Shown in pieces: positions 9,616 to 19,212 of a DNA stretch of 64,000 bases. Location: assembly GCA_963666985.2 (NCBI GenBank), contig CAXXIA010000002.1, forward strand, positions 2,272,001 to 2,336,000, in the 5' to 3' direction. Under the pieces are notes generated by a model. It searched no databases, was not told the origin of the DNA, and worked only from the letters and a program-made list of their open reading frames with translations. This DNA comes from Spirochaetia bacterium (lineage in GTDB: Bacteria; Spirochaetota; Spirochaetia; DSM-2461). The number at the start of each line of letters is the position of its first letter. The first letter of the stretch is position 1. A program made the position numbers and the translations under genes.

Positions 9616-10521
9616 TCAGTTCCGTTTTTTCTTAAGGGCCTCCAGTTCCTCCGGCGTCCGAGGCCAGTCGCCTTTTAGAAGTCGAGACAGAGATCGATCG
9701 GCCAGGAGGCGTCCTTCGGTCTGACAGGCTGGGCAGTAGTCCGTTTCGTTGGTGGCGTATCGGATTCGCTGCACGGTCGTGCCGCAGAGAGGACATGGTT
9801 TGCCGAACTTACCATGAACCGCCATCTCCGGTCTGAAGGCCGTGATTTTCGTTGGAAACCGATCCCCCGCTTCGCTGAGAAGCCTTTCGGTCCATTCGTT
9901 CAAGACCGTTCGGCAGGCATCATATAGTCGGCGGATTTCATCTTCGGTCGTTTTTGACGACAGTTTCACCGGAGAAAGACCGGCACGATGAAGTATTTCA
10001 TCGGAATACGTGTTCCCGATGCCGCTTAGGATGGACGGATCGGTCAGAGTTCGTTTGAGCGTATGATTCTCGGCCGTCACCGCGGCGGCAAAAGTATCCG
10101 GGTCGGCCTCAAACACTTCCAATCCTCCTCGATCGAAGTCCGCCAAGGCTTCCGACCCTTTTACCACGTGCAGTGAGGCTCGTTTCTGTGTTGAGGCCTC
10201 GGTGATGAGGAGCGTTCCGTTCGGAAAATCCATTGCCGCCAGCCCCCGTTTCGGAGGAATCTTGCCACCGGGATCGGTCCACTGCAGTCTGCCGCTGATC
10301 ATCAGATGCAGGATGAGATAAAGCCGATTGTCGAAATCGAAAACGATTTGTTTTCCGAGTCGTTCTATTCCGGAGACTTCCAGTCCCTGAAGTTCACCGA
10401 TTGGCGGATTTGCGGTACGCAGCAGGAAAGGGCTTACGATTCGGACGCGGCCGAGCCGCCGGCCGGTCAATCGAATCCGAAGATGCTCGATGTAGACGGT
10501 AATGTCCGGATATTCAGGCAT
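9616..10521 (-). CDS. mutM: Fpg/Nei family DNA glycosylase/AP lyase
   Basis: N-terminal MPE catalytic start, RLGKQ, HLMISGRL, H2TH GIGNTYSDEIL, zinc finger CPLC...CPACQ. Confidence 0.9.
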   Translation of the reverse strand: MPEYPDITVYIEHLRIRLTGRRLGRVRIVSPFLLRTANPPIGELQGLEVSGIERLGKQIVFDFDNRLYLILHLMISGRLQWTDPGGKIPPKRGLAAMDFPNGTLLITEASTQKRASLHVVKGSEALADFDRGGLEVFEADPDTFAAAVTAENHTLKRTLTDPSILSGIGNTYSDEILHRAGLSPVKLSSKTTEDEIRRLYDACRTVLNEWTERLLSEAGDRFPTKITAFRPEMAVHGKFGKPCPLCGTTVQRIRYATNETDYCPACQTEGRLLADRSLSRLLKGDWPRTPEELEALKKKRN

Positions 10522-10666
10522 GGAACCGCTGTCCTCCGGTCATAATACGGATCCGGCCGATACTTCCGGTATTTTGGAGATTTTGTACCGGTAGTGGAGA
10601 GCGATGAGGAATCCCATAATTGAATCATAACTCAGACAGTGCCGATACGGGGAATGGAATCGTTCC

Positions 10667-12697
10667 TCAGAGAGCCAAAGCCGCCTCGTACGCGGCCCTG
10701 ACGGCTTCAAGCATGTTTCTCCTGCCGGAAGATCCTCCGATGACAGATACCTTTTCGCTGTTTATGGTAAGAAGTTCATTAAGATGGTCTTCTTGAGGAA
10801 GAAACCGAGTTTCCACCACAGCGTCGGCGGGGATTTCCATTTGAGATCCGTCTTCCGCCATAACATCGGCCGATCCGCGGCGAATCCGAAGTATGCGATG
10901 CTTCGTCAGAATTTTCACTCCGAGCTGATCCAATCGAGCTTTGTAAACCCATCGGCTGCTGGGACTGATATGTTCTCCCGTTCCGGAACCTTCCTCAACG
11001 ATGGTAATGTCGCTGCAAACGTCCGTAAGGAGATTCGCCGTCAATTCGGGGCTTTCCGCCTGAAAGAGCGTAAGAAAGTGAAATTGCTCGGCATTCAGCG
11101 CTCCTCGGCCGGCCAGCTTAAGGGCCGTCCAGACTCCCGGAGAATCGCCTCCGGCGATCAGAATTCGCCGCCCGGCAACGGACCGGTCCCGCAGAACATC
11201 GGCGGCGTGGATTACGGGAATGCTTCCGTCCGTCTCCAAATCCGATTCGGCCGCGATATCTCCGGCGGCCAGTACCACCCGGTCGAATTCTCCGGCATTT
11301 AAAGCTTCTCCGACGATTTCCGCAGTCGCCGGTTTTTCGGTGAAAATTGGGATTCGGTGGTTTCTGCAGGAACGGATCAGCCAAGAGATGTACTCGGCGA
11401 TATTTTTTCGTTCCCGAATTCCTGCGGCAAGAAGCGCCTGGCCGCCCAACGTGGAATCCCGTTCCCAGACTGTTGGCCTGTGTCCTCGGGATGCGGCGAT
11501 GAGGGCGTATTCCAGTCCCGCGACTCCTCCGCCGATAACCAGGACGGACTGCGGCGGCCGCTTCGATATTTCGTCGTCGGTGATTTCAGGAAATTCGGAT
11601 TCCCGACCGGCTTCCGGATTCACCAGGTAGGAAATGGTCTTTCCGTAGAAAATCCGGTCCATGCAGCCCTGGTTGCAGCCGATACAGGGACGAATTTCTT
11701 TATAGCGGCCCGAGGCGGCTTTCTTCGGGAAATCGGGATCGGCCAGGAAACTTCTGGCAAAGCCGATGAAATCGACCGAACCGGAATCCACGAGTTCTTC
11801 GGCCGTTTTCGGAGTCATTCTGTTGGAGAGAATAACCGGGATTTTTACGGCCTGTTTAATTCTTTTTTCCTGATAGGCAAGAAATCCGTTGGGGACGTCC
11901 ATGGTAAGCTGCGGAACGCCGCTCTCATGCCATCCGCCCGTAATGCCGAGGGCGTCCGCGCCGAAAGTTTCCAATGCGGATGCAATCCGGAGAGATTCCT
12001 CGGATGTGTTTCCGCCCTTCATGAAGTCGTTGGCCCCCATGCGAACGATGAGAGGGAATTCCTCTCCGGCGGTTTTTCGAACCTCGGCGATGATTTCCCT
12101 GAGAAAGGTCAGGCGATTTTCCAACTCCCCTCCGTATCGGTCACCGCGGAGATTGGTCAGGGGAGAGAGAAATTGAGCGGGAAGATACCCCGATGCCGCG
12201 GTGATTTCCACCCCGTCGAAGCCCGCCTGCAGGGCCCGCCGCGCGGCGGCTCCGTAATACCCGATAATGTCGCCGATTTCATCCTCCGTCAGTTCACGGG
12301 GTGTTTCCCGAGTGAATCGGGACGGAACCGCCGATGGGGCAACCGCGACCTGACCTCCGTATTCGGCGGAACGGGCATAACGTCCGGCATGGAAAAGCTG
12401 GAGAAAGCCGCGGCAGTCATATTCGTGAAGAACGTCCGCGAGACGCTTCAGTCCCGGAATAAAGCGATCGTCGTATACCCCGATGACATTATGGGTGTTG
12501 ATTCGAAGCGGATCGATACCGGAGGCTCCTACGATGAGAAGCCCGCATCCGCCGGCGGCCCGGCGGCGGAAATATTCCAGAAGCGTCGGATTCACTTTTC
12601 CGTCATCGCTTAACGCGGTGTGCATCGCCGTCATCAGAATGCGGTTTTTTATTCTCAATCCGCCGATTTGTCCCGGTGTATAGAGATTGGACAACAT
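10667..12697 (-). CDS. NADH:flavin oxidoreductase, 2,4-dienoyl-CoA reductase (FadH)-like OYE
   Basis: AGFDGVE, QFLSP, NLRGDRYGG, GGWHE (FadH-type), CIGCNQGC, GGGVAG Rossmann motif. Start taken at MLSNL after the SD GGAGG. Confidence 0.88.
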   Translation of the reverse strand: MLSNLYTPGQIGGLRIKNRILMTAMHTALSDDGKVNPTLLEYFRRRAAGGCGLLIVGASGIDPLRINTHNVIGVYDDRFIPGLKRLADVLHEYDCRGFLQLFHAGRYARSAEYGGQVAVAPSAVPSRFTRETPRELTEDEIGDIIGYYGAAARRALQAGFDGVEITAASGYLPAQFLSPLTNLRGDRYGGELENRLTFLREIIAEVRKTAGEEFPLIVRMGANDFMKGGNTSEESLRIASALETFGADALGITGGWHESGVPQLTMDVPNGFLAYQEKRIKQAVKIPVILSNRMTPKTAEELVDSGSVDFIGFARSFLADPDFPKKAASGRYKEIRPCIGCNQGCMDRIFYGKTISYLVNPEAGRESEFPEITDDEISKRPPQSVLVIGGGVAGLEYALIAASRGHRPTVWERDSTLGGQALLAAGIRERKNIAEYISWLIRSCRNHRIPIFTEKPATAEIVGEALNAGEFDRVVLAAGDIAAESDLETDGSIPVIHAADVLRDRSVAGRRILIAGGDSPGVWTALKLAGRGALNAEQFHFLTLFQAESPELTANLLTDVCSDITIVEEGSGTGEHISPSSRWVYKARLDQLGVKILTKHRILRIRRGSADVMAEDGSQMEIPADAVVETRFLPQEDHLNELLTINSEKVSVIGGSSGRRNMLEAVRAAYEAALAL

Positions 12698-12811
12698 AGC
12701 TCCTCCCTTTGCATAGCGGTACTCATTCACGAAGCTGAAAAGACAATCGGGAAAATCCTTTTCTTCTTACAAACCGCCGACGATTAACTATGAATTATAT
12801 ACGTGAGGTGA

Positions 12812-12870
12812 TTTCAAAAAACGTTGATTTTTGAAACAAAACCCTTCTAAAACAAAACCGGAAGGATTTC
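12812..12870. repeat. Double-hairpin intergenic element, copy 1
   Basis: TTCAAAAAACG..TTTTTGAA followed by CCTTC..GAAGG; a similar copy lies at 14897-14945. Confidence 0.5.
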
Positions 12871-12935
12871 GGCCATCGGATATCTCACATGAGATAAGAT
12901 TCCGGGACGCCGAATGACGTCCCGGAAGAGAATTG

Positions 12936-13697
12936 TCAGTAAAGAGTCGTCCCGTGATCCACGTAAAGAATCTGACCGGTTATCGCCTTGGAAGCATCAC
13001 TGGCGAAAAAGAGGATGGCTTCGGCCTGATCTTCAACATGAGCTTCGGGAACGGAAAGGTCGATATGTTTGGCGCAGGCGTCGGCGAATTCCTTATTAAA
13101 TGTTTTAAACGCTTCGGGAGCATTCAGCGGAGTGGGTGTTGGGCCGGGGGCTACGGCGTTGCAGCGAATGGCCGTGGGGGAGTATTGAAGAGCGATGTTC
13201 TTCGTCATGCTGTTCACGGCGGCCTTCGCGGCGCTGTAGGAAATCCCCGCCAAACCCTGGCTTCCGATGGAAGAAATGTTCACGATGGAACCTTCTCCGG
13301 CCTTGGTCATGTGTTCCAGGGCGTATTTGCTCATGTAATAGACCGAATACTGATCGATCTTGCAGACGGTGTCGTACCATTCTTCGGTGCAGAGATCGAT
13401 GGGCATGTGCTTGTCGGCGATTCCCGCATTATTCACCAGAACATCGATGCGTCCGTATTTTTCAATGGCCGCATCGACGATTTTATGACAGTCTTCCGAT
13501 TTGGAGACATCCGCCCGCACCGCGATTCCTTCGCCGCCGAGAGCTTCGACTTCAGCCAGAACTTTTTTGTTCTCTTCATCGCGTCTTCCGCAAAGGACGA
13601 CTTTAGCCCCTTCCTTTGCGAACAATTTGGCCGTTGCGCGACCGATGCCGGAATTGCCGCCGGTAATAATGGCGATTTTATTTTCCAATCTTCCCAT
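12936..13697 (-). CDS. Short-chain dehydrogenase/reductase (classical SDR)
   Basis: TGGNSGIG, NNAG, NISS and YSAAK motifs. Start taken at MGRLENK. Confidence 0.93.
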   Translation of the reverse strand: MGRLENKIAIITGGNSGIGRATAKLFAKEGAKVVLCGRRDEENKKVLAEVEALGGEGIAVRADVSKSEDCHKIVDAAIEKYGRIDVLVNNAGIADKHMPIDLCTEEWYDTVCKIDQYSVYYMSKYALEHMTKAGEGSIVNISSIGSQGLAGISYSAAKAAVNSMTKNIALQYSPTAIRCNAVAPGPTPTPLNAPEAFKTFNKEFADACAKHIDLSVPEAHVEDQAEAILFFASDASKAITGQILYVDHGTTLY

Positions 13698-13887
13698 GCT
13701 GTTAAACCTCATTTAATGTAAATTGATATAAATGTATTATATTGGGTGTCCAATTCGACGGACCTATCATTTTTCGACATACCGATATCGTTTTTTGTTA
13801 TGCATCTTGCGGGCTGGAATTTCATCTTCTATCGTAACATCAGATTAATATACGCGATTCAAAACGAATCGGGAGGTTTTATTATTT

Positions 13888-14883
13888 ATGATTAAAGCTA
13901 ATTACGAATCTGATGCCGGCAAGAGGAAGGAAATCTCTCACGAAGAGCTTTACACGATTCCCCACATGCCCTTCGAAGAGTATTCCGAGAAGTTGAAAGA
14001 CTGTATCAAGATGACGAGAAAAAACGGCATTCTTGAAGCAAGAATGCATACCAACGGCGGACCCGTTCAGTGGGGAGCCGAACTTCATCAGGGCCTTCAC
14101 TACTTTTTTGACTGGGCCGGCCGGGACCCCGATAACGAGGTTATCATCCTTGGCGGAATCGGCCCCGATACCTTCAAGGGAATCGGCCGTATCAATAAGA
14201 AAACCGGCGAGTGGATGCCCGCCCGCGAGTTCGGATCCGAACCTGAAGAATCCTGGAAAATGTACGAGTACCAGTACTATGACGGTACCAACGATATTGA
14301 AGGACAGGTCTTCGATCTTGAAGTTCCTACCATCGGCGTATGGACCGGTGCTTCCTACCATACCGACCTGCTTCTTTTCAGCGATATCACCCTGGCCACC
14401 GCGGATGCGTGGACGACCGAAATGCACTTCCGGACGAACATGGTTCCCGGAGACGGCATCCAGATTGCCTGGCGGGAACTCATGGGCCGCAAGCGCTTTG
14501 CGTACGCCGAGCTTACCGGTCAAATCATCACCGCCAAGAAAGCTCTTGAATACGGGATGATCAATGAAATCTGCGATGATGTCGATGCCGCTTACAAACG
14601 AGCTTGGGAAATCGCCGAACTCATCATGCATGCCGCCGGCCGTGTTACCAGAAGAATGACCACTCAGGTTTTGAGAATGCCTTGGAAAGAGGATATTTCC
14701 AAAGAGCTCAGAAGCAGTTTCGCTACCGAGATGTTTGTTACCGCGACCGATCATTCTCCCCATGAGGCCAAATACTGGGACGATGCTCACGAAGAAGCCG
14801 CGCTCGTTATGGAAGCCGAGAAACAGGGCAAGGTTGTTCGGCCGAAAATCGGCGGCGGCCAGTTTGAAAAAGAAATTAAATAA
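13888..14883 (+). CDS. Crotonase-superfamily beta-diketone hydrolase (6-oxocamphor hydrolase CamK-like)
   Basis: ILEARMHTNGGPVQW..ELH, MHFRTNMVPGDG (His/Asp dyad position), LTGQIITAKKALEYGMINE match CamK-type segments as I recall them. Confidence 0.75.
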   Translation: MIKANYESDAGKRKEISHEELYTIPHMPFEEYSEKLKDCIKMTRKNGILEARMHTNGGPVQWGAELHQGLHYFFDWAGRDPDNEVIILGGIGPDTFKGIGRINKKTGEWMPAREFGSEPEESWKMYEYQYYDGTNDIEGQVFDLEVPTIGVWTGASYHTDLLLFSDITLATADAWTTEMHFRTNMVPGDGIQIAWRELMGRKRFAYAELTGQIITAKKALEYGMINEICDDVDAAYKRAWEIAELIMHAAGRVTRRMTTQVLRMPWKEDISKELRSSFATEMFVTATDHSPHEAKYWDDAHEEAALVMEAEKQGKVVRPKIGGGQFEKEIK

Positions 14884-14896
14884 CGCTTAAGGCGAG

Positions 14897-14945
14897 TTCA
14901 AAAAACGGCGTTTTTGAAGAAGCCCTTCTTCAAACGGAAGGGTTC
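14897..14945. repeat. Double-hairpin intergenic element, copy 2
   Basis: TTCAAAAAACGGCGTTTTTGAA..CCCTTC..GAAGGG, similar to 12813-12870. Confidence 0.5.
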
Positions 14946-14974
14946 CCGCCGTCGAATGTGTTTTCGAGATTATT

Positions 14975-15012
14975 AAAGGGCCGTCGATTTTTTTCTCGAC
15001 GGTCTTTTTTTT
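14975..15012 (+). terminator. Rho-independent terminator after the hydrolase gene
   Basis: AAAGGGCCGTCGA / TCGACGGTCTTT stem followed by a T-run. Confidence 0.7.
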
Positions 15013-15082
15013 ATGCGACAATAGAGCCGAAATCGCCGGGCCGTCGGGATTTTTCGGTCCGGTTATCGCCGGGGAGCCGCAA

Positions 15083-16846
15083 ATGTCACGAAGAGCCATT
15101 CATTTGAACGTCCTTACCGTGCCGTCGTTCGCTGTTGTTTCTCTTGTCCCTTTTGGAATACTCGTTTTGATGCGGACAGGATCTTTTTTCGAATCCAGCT
15201 TCTTTCTTAAAGAGCCGGTTTACGGATTTCTTTTCGCGGCCGCCGTTTCACTTCTCATCGGCATCGCGGCAGGGTTGATTTATTCGCGATGCATTTCCCG
15301 CGGCTTGCACCGTGTTGAAAGGCTGGTGGAAGAGGCCGGAAAAAACGAGGCCGGAGAATATGCGAAAACAGTATCCCGTATTGGTGAGATTTCCTCCGTG
15401 GCGCGGAGCCTTCGGGGGAAATTGCTGCCGAGGCTGGCGAAAGTGTTCAATGAAATAGGAAATGCCGTGACGCTGAACTCAAAGACTTCGATTGTCGCTA
15501 AGGATTACGCCGGTGATGTTTGGAACATTGCCGACGGAATCTCGCGTGATGTCGGCGGGATTCTTCAAGAAATGTCGGAATTGAAGAATCAGATCGTCAA
15601 TTCTTCATCGGCCGTAGCCGAAATCCAGGCCACTCTGGAAGCATTGATGGGGCATATGAACAGCCAGGACGGGGCTTTGTCCCGGACTTCGCTTTCCGTC
15701 AGACGCATGGATGCTTCCCTTACCGATATATCCGAGGTTTATACGGAGCAGTCCGTTTCCACCGATTCGCTGCTCGGCACCTTGGATGAGGGGAAAAAGG
15801 CCGTTGCCGAATCAAACGAGTGTATCCGCGAGATTTCCGTAAATATCGACGATATGATGAGCATTATCGGTGTAATCAACAGTATCGCGGATCAAACGAA
15901 TCTGTTGGCTATGAACGCCGCCATAGAAGCGGCTCACGCGGGAACCGCCGGCAAAGGTTTTTCCGTTGTGGCCGATGAAATCAGAAAACTCGCCGAATCC
16001 ACAGCCGAAAACTCCCATGTTATTTCATCTTCGCTGACGGCGGTCAACGGTAAAATGAGCCGCGTTCTTCATTCCGGAAAAGAAAGTGAGAAATCTTTCT
16101 CGGACGTAACGGAGAAAGTTTCTGATTTCGTGGCCGCGTTTAAGCGCATCGCCGAGAGCACGGCGGATATTTCCGCGGGAAGCCGCGAAATCTTGTCTTC
16201 CGTTGAACGGCTCAACGCGATGTCCGGCGAGATAACCGCCGGATCGTCCGAAATCACCCAGAGCGCTCATGAGATAAACGATGCCATGAGTAAGGTTCAG
16301 GATTCCTATAATCGGGTAACGGACGAAGTCGCCGTGGTTAATTCCCGCGCTCAAGACATCGGTAAGGCGCAGCGGGATCTGATGAAGATTATCGATTGGG
16401 ATTCGAAGAATATCGCCGAAATCGGCAAGAGTCTCAATACATGTAATTTCGGTTCTTTCGGTGAAACGGTCGGTGAAACAGATATTGCCGATGCCATCGG
16501 CGATATCATGCTGACGATGCTGGCGCGGGTGGAGAATGCGGGAGATTCCATTCGGAGTCTTACTGTTGCCGAAATGAATATTAAGATTGATGTCGATGAT
16601 GTGCGGAACAGCGAAAACTGCGGCGTCGGGCGCTGGCTTTCGGGCGAGGGAGCCCGCCTTTTGGGCTCGTTTCCCGGGTTTGACGAGATTGTCGCGGATC
16701 ATAAGCATTTTCACGAAAGCATTGTTCAAACGGCTTCCAAGATAGAAAACGCAACCTTTAATGAGGCGTTCGCTTCGTTCCGAGTCGCGAGAGGCTATTA
16801 TAATAGGCTGATAACCGGCTTTATCGACATTATTGATCATCTTTGA
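15083..16846 (+). CDS. Methyl-accepting chemotaxis protein with C-terminal CZB-like domain
   Basis: Two N-terminal TM segments; [33 protein letters not shown] signalling tip; C-terminal CGVGRW...HKHFH. Confidence 0.9.
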   Translation: MSRRAIHLNVLTVPSFAVVSLVPFGILVLMRTGSFFESSFFLKEPVYGFLFAAAVSLLIGIAAGLIYSRCISRGLHRVERLVEEAGKNEAGEYAKTVSRIGEISSVARSLRGKLLPRLAKVFNEIGNAVTLNSKTSIVAKDYAGDVWNIADGISRDVGGILQEMSELKNQIVNSSSAVAEIQATLEALMGHMNSQDGALSRTSLSVRRMDASLTDISEVYTEQSVSTDSLLGTLDEGKKAVAESNECIREISVNIDDMMSIIGVINSIADQTNLLAMNAAIEAAHAGTAGKGFSVVADEIRKLAESTAENSHVISSSLTAVNGKMSRVLHSGKESEKSFSDVTEKVSDFVAAFKRIAESTADISAGSREILSSVERLNAMSGEITAGSSEITQSAHEINDAMSKVQDSYNRVTDEVAVVNSRAQDIGKAQRDLMKIIDWDSKNIAEIGKSLNTCNFGSFGETVGETDIADAIGDIMLTMLARVENAGDSIRSLTVAEMNIKIDVDDVRNSENCGVGRWLSGEGARLLGSFPGFDEIVADHKHFHESIVQTASKIENATFNEAFASFRVARGYYNRLITGFIDIIDHL

Positions 16847-16862
16847 AAAGAACGGAAAAATT

Positions 16863-18026
16863 ATGACGCATACCGGTCGAGAGAAACTGTGGACCGGGCA
16901 GTTTATCCTTATTTTAACGGCGAATTTCACCGCTTTGATGGTGAACGCCCTGCTTCTTGTCTCAATACCGCTTTATTTAAGGGCGATGGGAGCTTCCAAT
17001 ACGGCGGCCGGACTGTCGACCGGTCTGTATTCTCTGGCCGCGATGACTCTGAGGCCGATCGTCGGGCATTTTCTTGATTATCGGGGAAGAATCCGGCTGA
17101 TGAGAGGCGGCTTGATTCCCATGATTGTCGGCATCATCCTTTCGAATTTTACCGATGCCGTTCCTCTGCATTTGGCCCTTCGCGTTCTTGAGGGAATCGG
17201 TTTTTCCGTTGTATCCACCGCGGGAGCGACGATCGTTTCGGACTTGGTGCCGGAATCAAGAATAACCGAGGGCATAGGATACAACGGCGCGGTGGCGACT
17301 CTTACCAACGCCGTCGGACCTCTTGTCGGTCTTGTTCTAATCGACGGATTCGGATTTGCCGTTCTTTTCACCTGTCTGATTCCGATGTCGCTGCTTCCTC
17401 TTGCCGTTTCTTTGTTCTTGAAGGAGAGCGTCAATCCCTCCGCGGCATCCGGAGAACGGACCGGATTGAAGCATCTTTTTGATTTGGAAAAAGGAGCATT
17501 GCCGGCTTCTGCCATGATGATTTTTTCCGCCGTATCTTACGGGGCCGTTGTAACATTTCTGGCGGCATTTGGAATGGAACGGGGAGTGGAAAACATGCAG
17601 TTCTTTTTTGTTCTGTTTCCGTGTACGGTGGTTGTTTCCCGCTTTTTTTCCGGCAGGCTTATCGACGGATACGGATATTTGCCGGTTGTTGTTCCTTCCC
17701 TTATCATCGGAGCGTCTTCCCTTGTTCTTATTTTCTTTGCCCGCACCGTGGCGATGTTTTCTCTTGTCGCCGTTTTATACGGATTGGGGTACGGCATTCT
17801 GATGCCGGCCTTTAATGCGCTCGCCGTACGGAATTCATCTCCGAACCGCCGGGGAGCCGCGAACGCCACGTTCTACATCGCGTTGGATTTGGGAATCGGC
17901 GGAGGCGCGATTTTTCTGGGATTGTTTTCAAATTGCTGGGGTTTGGCTTCAACTTTTCTTATTTCGGCGTTCTTCATGATTTTCAGCTTCGCCCTTTTTC
18001 CGTTTCTTGAGCGGAAGCGGCGCTGA
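16863..18026 (+). CDS. MFS transporter
   Basis: About 12 hydrophobic segments, motif A (GHFLDYRGR), RVLEGIG, RRGAANATF. Confidence 0.9.
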   Translation: MTHTGREKLWTGQFILILTANFTALMVNALLLVSIPLYLRAMGASNTAAGLSTGLYSLAAMTLRPIVGHFLDYRGRIRLMRGGLIPMIVGIILSNFTDAVPLHLALRVLEGIGFSVVSTAGATIVSDLVPESRITEGIGYNGAVATLTNAVGPLVGLVLIDGFGFAVLFTCLIPMSLLPLAVSLFLKESVNPSAASGERTGLKHLFDLEKGALPASAMMIFSAVSYGAVVTFLAAFGMERGVENMQFFFVLFPCTVVVSRFFSGRLIDGYGYLPVVVPSLIIGASSLVLIFFARTVAMFSLVAVLYGLGYGILMPAFNALAVRNSSPNRRGAANATFYIALDLGIGGGAIFLGLFSNCWGLASTFLISAFFMIFSFALFPFLERKRR

Positions 18027-18160
18027 TCGTTAAAGGCCGGAAAGTGAAAAACAATTTCGGAAATTATCGGAATGCGGAATGTATACGGATTTATTTAAAT
18101 GATTCTTGGAGAAGGATATAGTTCATGATTCAGGCGTTGACGCCGGCAATCGTGATTAAC

Positions 18161-18194
18161 CTATAAAACCGACCTCCGAAAGTACAAATTTGAA
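18161..18194 (+). promoter_or_regulatory. Candidate AraC-type box upstream of the BKACE operon
   Basis: CTATAAAACCGAC is identical to 29231-29243; a weaker half-site (TACAAATTTGAA) lies 21 bp downstream. Confidence 0.5.
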
Positions 18195-18369
18195 CGTTGC
18201 CGCCCACTTGCCGACGCAGCATAGTTAATTTATCACTTCAGTTAGGTTGTGCACCCGGGGTTTTATGTATCCCCGCATTACTTGAATTCCGACTGTTGTT
18301 AACCAAAGACCGATAACGCCTGAAACGGTTGGTCTTTGTTCAAAACTCAAAGAATTAGGAGATATCATT

Positions 18370-19197
18370 ATGAGTGAAAAAGTAATTATTTCCGCGGCGT
18401 TGACCGGCGCCGTCACCCCGAAAGAGAAGAATCCTCATGTTCCCATAACTCCCGAGGAAATCGCCGAAGACGCATATAAATGCTGGCAGGCGGGAGCCGC
18501 GATCGTTCACATTCACATGCGCGACGACGACGCCGTCGGAACCATGGATTTGGCGCGGTTTGAGAAAACCGCGGCGCTTATTCGGGAAAAATGTGATGTT
18601 GTTGTAAACATGACCACCTCCGGCGATCATCGGGCAACCGACGAAGACCGCATGGCGCATATCGCCAAGCTGGCGCCGGAAATTGCTTCTTATGATGCCG
18701 GAACCTTCAACTGGATGCCCGCCGGCGTTTTCATGAATTCGCCTCAGTTCCTGGAAAAGCTGGGCCGAATCATGACGGAGAAGAACGTGAAGCCGGAGGT
18801 TGAGGTCTTTGATTCCGGCATGATTGACGTCGCCCAGTATTACGTTACCCAGGGAGTCATTAAGGCGCCTCTTCATTTTCAGTTCTGCCTCGGCGTTCTG
18901 GGAGGCATGCGGGCCACGGTGAAGAATCTCGTGACCCTCCTCGACATGATTCCGGAGGGATCCACTTGGAGTGCTTTCGGCGTCGGTAAGGACCATCTGC
19001 CCATTCTCTACGCCGCGATTGCACTGGGCGGACATGTTCGAGTCGGTCTGGAAGATAATATTTATTACGCAAAAGGTGAGCTGGCTTCCAACGTATCCCT
19101 GGTGGAACGGGCCGCTCGCGTTATCAAAGAATCCAACAAAGAACCCGCCACTCCCGCCGAGGCCAGAAAAATCCTCGGTCTTAAAGGCATGGCATAA
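18370..19197 (+). CDS. Beta-keto acid cleavage enzyme (BKACE/DUF849, Kce family)
   Basis: IISAALTGA, PITPEEIAEDA, HIHMRD and RVGLED zinc-binding motifs, ATPAEARKIL. Confidence 0.92.
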   Translation: MSEKVIISAALTGAVTPKEKNPHVPITPEEIAEDAYKCWQAGAAIVHIHMRDDDAVGTMDLARFEKTAALIREKCDVVVNMTTSGDHRATDEDRMAHIAKLAPEIASYDAGTFNWMPAGVFMNSPQFLEKLGRIMTEKNVKPEVEVFDSGMIDVAQYYVTQGVIKAPLHFQFCLGVLGGMRATVKNLVTLLDMIPEGSTWSAFGVGKDHLPILYAAIALGGHVRVGLEDNIYYAKGELASNVSLVERAARVIKESNKEPATPAEARKILGLKGMA

Positions 19198-19212
19198 GGA
19201 AGGGGTTGATTT

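Noticed and set aside
18200..18345. Riboswitch in the BKACE operon leader
   Set aside because: Hairpins exist (18304-18338) but I recognise no aptamer consensus or U-tract; an Infernal/Rfam search would be needed.
18370..19197. Lysine fermentation Kce assignment (also 49023-49904)
   Set aside because: The amine-binding Glu motif is absent and there are no kamA, kamDE, kdd or kal genes nearby.
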